Positions 60,981 to 64,000 of a stretch of 64,000 nucleotides of DNA are shown here, piece by piece. The stretch's first letter is position 1; the number at the start of each line of letters is the position of its first letter. Origin of the DNA: an uncultured Clostridium sp. GTDB lineage: Bacteria > Bacillota > Clostridia > TANB77 > CAG-508. The notes below the pieces were generated by a model. It was not told the DNA's origin, did no database searches, and saw only the letters and a list, made by a program, of their open reading frames with translations. The DNA lies in NCBI GenBank assembly GCA_902496295.1, contig CABVAF010000003.1, positions 97,859 through 161,858 on the forward strand, read 5' to 3'. The position numbers and the translations under genes are program-made.

Positions 60981-61928
60981 ATGATAGAATTTGAAAAGCC
61001 AAATATTAAATGCTTAGAATTAGACGAAGTAAAAAACTACGCCAAATTTGTATGTGAACCATTGGAAAGAGGTTATGGAATAACAATAGGAAATTCTTTA
61101 AGAAGAATATTGTTATCATCTTTACCAGGAAGTGCTATCACTAGCGTTAAGATAGATGGTGTATTACATGAATTTACCACTATACCAGATGTAGTAGAGG
61201 ATGTTTCTGATATTATTCTTAATTTAAAAATGGTTAGATTAAAATTAGACAGAAATGAAGAAAAAGTTTTAAGAATAGATGTTCAAGGACCAGCAGATGT
61301 AAAAGCAGGAGATATAGTAACTGACGGAATAGTAGAAATCTTAAATCCAGATTTACATATTGCTACAGTCGAAAAAGGTGGTCATCTAGTAATGGAAATG
61401 ACTGCTGAAATGGGTAGAGGATATAACTCTGCTGAAAAAAATAAAAAACCAGAGCAAGCATTAAATGTACTTCCTATAGATTCAATTTTTACACCTGTAA
61501 AAAAAGTTAATTATTCTGTTGAGAGTACAAGAGTTGGACAAATGATAGATTATGATAAATTAGTAATAGATGTTTGGACAGATGGTAGTTTAAAACCATA
61601 TGAAGCTCTTAGCTTAGCTGCTAAAGTTATGACAGAACATTTAGAATTATTTATAGATTTATCTGAAACAGCTAAAAATACTCAAATAATGGTAGAAAAA
61701 GAAGAATCTAAGAAAGAGAAAGTTTTAGAAATGTCTATAGAAGATTTAGAATTATCTGTAAGATCATTTAACTGCTTAAAGAGAGCAGGAATATCTACAG
61801 TTGAGGATTTAACAAGCAAAACTATATCTGACATGATGAAAGTTAGAAACTTAGGTAAGAAATCTTTAGACGAAGTAACAAATAAATTACATGCATTAGG
61901 TTTAGACTTTATGAGTGATGAAGACTAA
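60981..61928 (+). CDS. rpoA: DNA-directed RNA polymerase subunit alpha
   Basis: [14 protein letters not shown] motif. C-terminal domain [15 protein letters not shown]. Confidence 0.96.
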   Translation: MIEFEKPNIKCLELDEVKNYAKFVCEPLERGYGITIGNSLRRILLSSLPGSAITSVKIDGVLHEFTTIPDVVEDVSDIILNLKMVRLKLDRNEEKVLRIDVQGPADVKAGDIVTDGIVEILNPDLHIATVEKGGHLVMEMTAEMGRGYNSAEKNKKPEQALNVLPIDSIFTPVKKVNYSVESTRVGQMIDYDKLVIDVWTDGSLKPYEALSLAAKVMTEHLELFIDLSETAKNTQIMVEKEESKKEKVLEMSIEDLELSVRSFNCLKRAGISTVEDLTSKTISDMMKVRNLGKKSLDEVTNKLHALGLDFMSDED

Positions 61929-61951
61929 TAGGAAAAGGAGGGTAATTTAAC

Positions 61952-62476
61952 ATGGCAATAAATAGAAAATTAGGTAGAACTACAGATATTAGAAAAGCTA
62001 TGCTAAAAACACAATTATCTGATTTAATCTTAAATGGTAAAATAAATACAACAGAAGCTAGAGCAAAAGAATTAAAATCATTAGCAGATAGTATTATAGC
62101 ATTAGCAGTAAAAGAAAAAGACAATTTTGATATGGTTGATGTAAAAGTTTCTAAAGCAAAATTAGATGCTAAAGGAAACAAAGTAACAGAAATAGCAAAA
62201 AGCAAAAATGGTAAAGAATACCTAAAAGTAGTTAGAGAAGAAAAAACAGAAAAAAGACAAAAAGACCAACCATCAAGATTAAATGCAAGAAGAAAAATGA
62301 TGAGAATGCTAAATAAAGTTAAAGATAGCGAAGGTAACGTAATAGACCTACCATCAAAATTATTTAACGAAATAGCTCCTAAATATGCAGATAGAGTTGG
62401 AGGATATACAAGAATTCTAAAAACAGAGCAAAGAAGAGGAGACGCAGCAGAAATGGTAATATTACAATTAGTGTAA
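61952..62476 (+). CDS. rplQ: 50S ribosomal protein L17 (with ~50-aa internal insertion)
   Basis: [15 protein letters not shown]-terminus and GGYTRILK...[15 protein letters not shown]-terminus. 174 aa compared with the usual ~115-135. Confidence 0.93.
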   Translation: MAINRKLGRTTDIRKAMLKTQLSDLILNGKINTTEARAKELKSLADSIIALAVKEKDNFDMVDVKVSKAKLDAKGNKVTEIAKSKNGKEYLKVVREEKTEKRQKDQPSRLNARRKMMRMLNKVKDSEGNVIDLPSKLFNEIAPKYADRVGGYTRILKTEQRRGDAAEMVILQLV

Positions 62477-62516
62477 TATTATAAATCAAAATTAAATTGC
62501 ATAATATAAATAAAAG

Positions 62517-62547
62517 AATCACATGGATAAGCTATGTGGTTTTTTTA
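62517..62547 (+). terminator. terminator of the alpha operon
   Basis: AATCACATGG / CTATGTGGTT stem (two G-U pairs) followed by a T7 run. Confidence 0.6.
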
Positions 62548-62548
62548 T

Positions 62549-62596
62549 GGCTTCCGCACTTCGCTTACGCTACGTTTGGTCGCTGCGCGGTACTAC
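62549..62596. other. isolated GC-rich island of unknown function
   Basis: GGCTTCCGCACTTCGCTTACGCTACGTTTGGTCGCTGCGCGGTACTAC stands out from AT-rich intergenic DNA. Confidence 0.3.
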
Positions 62597-62698
62597 AAAA
62601 CTACTTATATATGGGGCTGTATGCTTTATTATATGAAAAGAACCAAAATGATTTAGAACACATATAATATCTATAATAAAAATATTAGGAGGCTTATT

Positions 62699-63058
62699 AT
62701 GTATGACTTTATATTAAATGGTATTTTATGGGTACTAGCACTTTATGGTTTATTTGAAATTATTAAAACAATAATATATACATATACATACACAAGTTTA
62801 AAATCTGATGGTATATATGTAATTATTGCTGCAAAAAATCAGGAAAAACGTATTGAGGTTTTTTTACGAAGTATATTATTTAGGTTTTTATATGGGAAAG
62901 AGGAATATATTAAGGATATAATAGTTACAGATTTGAATTCAACAGATGACACTAAAAAAATTATAAATAATATCGGAAAAGATTATGACTGTATAAAAGT
63001 AGCAGATTGGAGAGAATGTAAAGAGGTTATAGATAGTATAGATGAAGTGAAAAAGTGA
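62699..63058 (+). CDS. small membrane-anchored hypothetical protein
   Basis: 119 aa. SD AGGAGG. N-terminal TM segment, then a short glycosyltransferase-N-terminus-like stretch (VIIAAKNQEKRIE...TDLNSTDDT). Confidence 0.5.
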   Translation: MYDFILNGILWVLALYGLFEIIKTIIYTYTYTSLKSDGIYVIIAAKNQEKRIEVFLRSILFRFLYGKEEYIKDIIVTDLNSTDDTKKIINNIGKDYDCIKVADWRECKEVIDSIDEVKK

Positions 63059-63179
63059 AAAGGGTATTACAAAATAAGATAAAAATATTGTATAAATGAA
63101 TTTAAATATTGCTAAATAAGTTGCAAAAATATTTTAAAAATTATACAATAAGTAAAAATGACAAAAAGAGGTTTTTTAG

Positions 63180-64000
63180 TTGGAGATTAAAGGAGAAGTA
63201 ACAGAAATAATATATAAAAATGAGGTAAATGGTTATTGTATAGCTGCGTTTGAGACAGAAGAAGAAGTTACTACAATAGTTGGGTATTTACCTTTTGTAA
63301 ATAAAAATGATACATTAGAGGTAACTGGCAAATTTGTTGAACATCAAGAATACGGTAGACAATTTAAAGTAGAAACATTTAAAAAAGTAATGCCAGAAAC
63401 GCTAGATTCATTAGAAAGATATTTGGCTAATGGAATGATAAAAGGAATAGGTCCAGCAACTGCAAAAAAAATAGTAGATACATTTGGAAAAGAAACTATA
63501 AATGTTTTTAAATTAGAGCCAGAAAGGTTATCTCAAATAAAAGGAATAACAAAAGAAAAAGCGTTTGAGATAGCACAAGAATTTATAGAAAATTGGGAAC
63601 TATGGCAATTAGTATCTTATTTAGAAAAGTTTGGACTTGGACCACAAAGTGCACAGGGAATATACAAAAAATTAGGAGAAAATGCAATAGAAAAAATAGA
63701 AGCAGATCCATACCTTTTGGTAGAATTATCAAATAAGGTGGATTTTGTGCAGATAGACAAAATGGCACTTAAAATAGGTATGGAATATGACAATGAAAAA
63801 AGAATAAGAAGTGGAATAAAATATGCACTTTTAAGAGCAACATATAATGGTCATTGTGCAGTTTTATATGATAACCTAGTAGCGTTTACAAGGGAGTTAC
63901 TTGGCGTCAGCGAAGATGCAGTAGATACTTCTTTAATTAACTTAAAAGCAAAAGAAGAAATATACATAGAGGAAAGAGAAAAAGAAGCCTGGATATACTT
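63180..64000 (+). CDS. recD2: RecD2/YrrC-like SF1B helicase, N-terminal part (runs off the window)
   Basis: Not in the track because no stop is reached. TTG start 9 nt after AGAGG. Hand translation LEIKGEVTEIIYKNEVNGYCIAAFE...GIGPATAKKIVDTFG...matches the N-terminal OB/HhH region of RecD2. Confidence 0.7.
   Translation, partial: MEIKGEVTEIIYKNEVNGYCIAAFETEEEVTTIVGYLPFVNKNDTLEVTGKFVEHQEYGRQFKVETFKKVMPETLDSLERYLANGMIKGIGPATAKKIVDTFGKETINVFKLEPERLSQIKGITKEKAFEIAQEFIENWELWQLVSYLEKFGLGPQSAQGIYKKLGENAIEKIEADPYLLVELSNKVDFVQIDKMALKIGMEYDNEKRIRSGIKYALLRATYNGHCAVLYDNLVAFTRELLGVSEDAVDTSLINLKAKEEIYIEEREKEAWIY

Overview
AT-rich chromosome segment from a spore-forming Firmicute (Clostridia-like), mostly housekeeping. 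In order: dapF (3' fragment) and dapL; an M23 peptidase; GtrA; tRNA-Trp; a divergent PRTase-like gene next to a pyrB-pyrI-pyrC-pyrF-pyrK-pyrD operon; tmRNA; mutL-miaA; sepF-divIVA; rsmD; ftsK; a beta-CASP hydrolase; a GH15 glucoamylase-like gene; radA (frameshifted) and disA; a cyclophilin; pgsA; ligA; a gerA-type germination operon; remA-rpoZ-gmk; the full S10-spc-alpha ribosomal superoperon (rpsJ to rplQ, with secY, adk, map, infA, rpoA); and the 5' part of a RecD2-like helicase. No rRNA genes and no CRISPR array were seen. Four things stand out. (1) Two paralogous proteins (10819-12069 and 40966-43464) have a pilin-like N-terminal anchor. Their FGE-sulfatase/C-type-lectin-like C-termini switch abruptly to GC-rich, A-poor, NNC-codon-rich sequence. 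This looks like the variable regions of diversity-generating retroelements (DGRs), but no reverse transcriptase or template repeat is in the window. (2) A single IS200-like HUH/Y1 (RAYT-type) transposase gene is bracketed by near-perfect 51-bp inverted doublets of a palindromic GGGACAGGTC repeat. Gene-less copies of that repeat fill other intergenic gaps and supply the last codons and the TAG stop of ftsK, the GH15 gene and ligA. (3) Next to tmRNA there is a candidate type I toxin-antitoxin-like pair: a 35-aa hydrophobic ORF convergent with a small promoter/terminator-bounded RNA. (4) radA carries a one-base frameshift. All calls come from reading the ORF translations and the raw sequence. No database search was possible.
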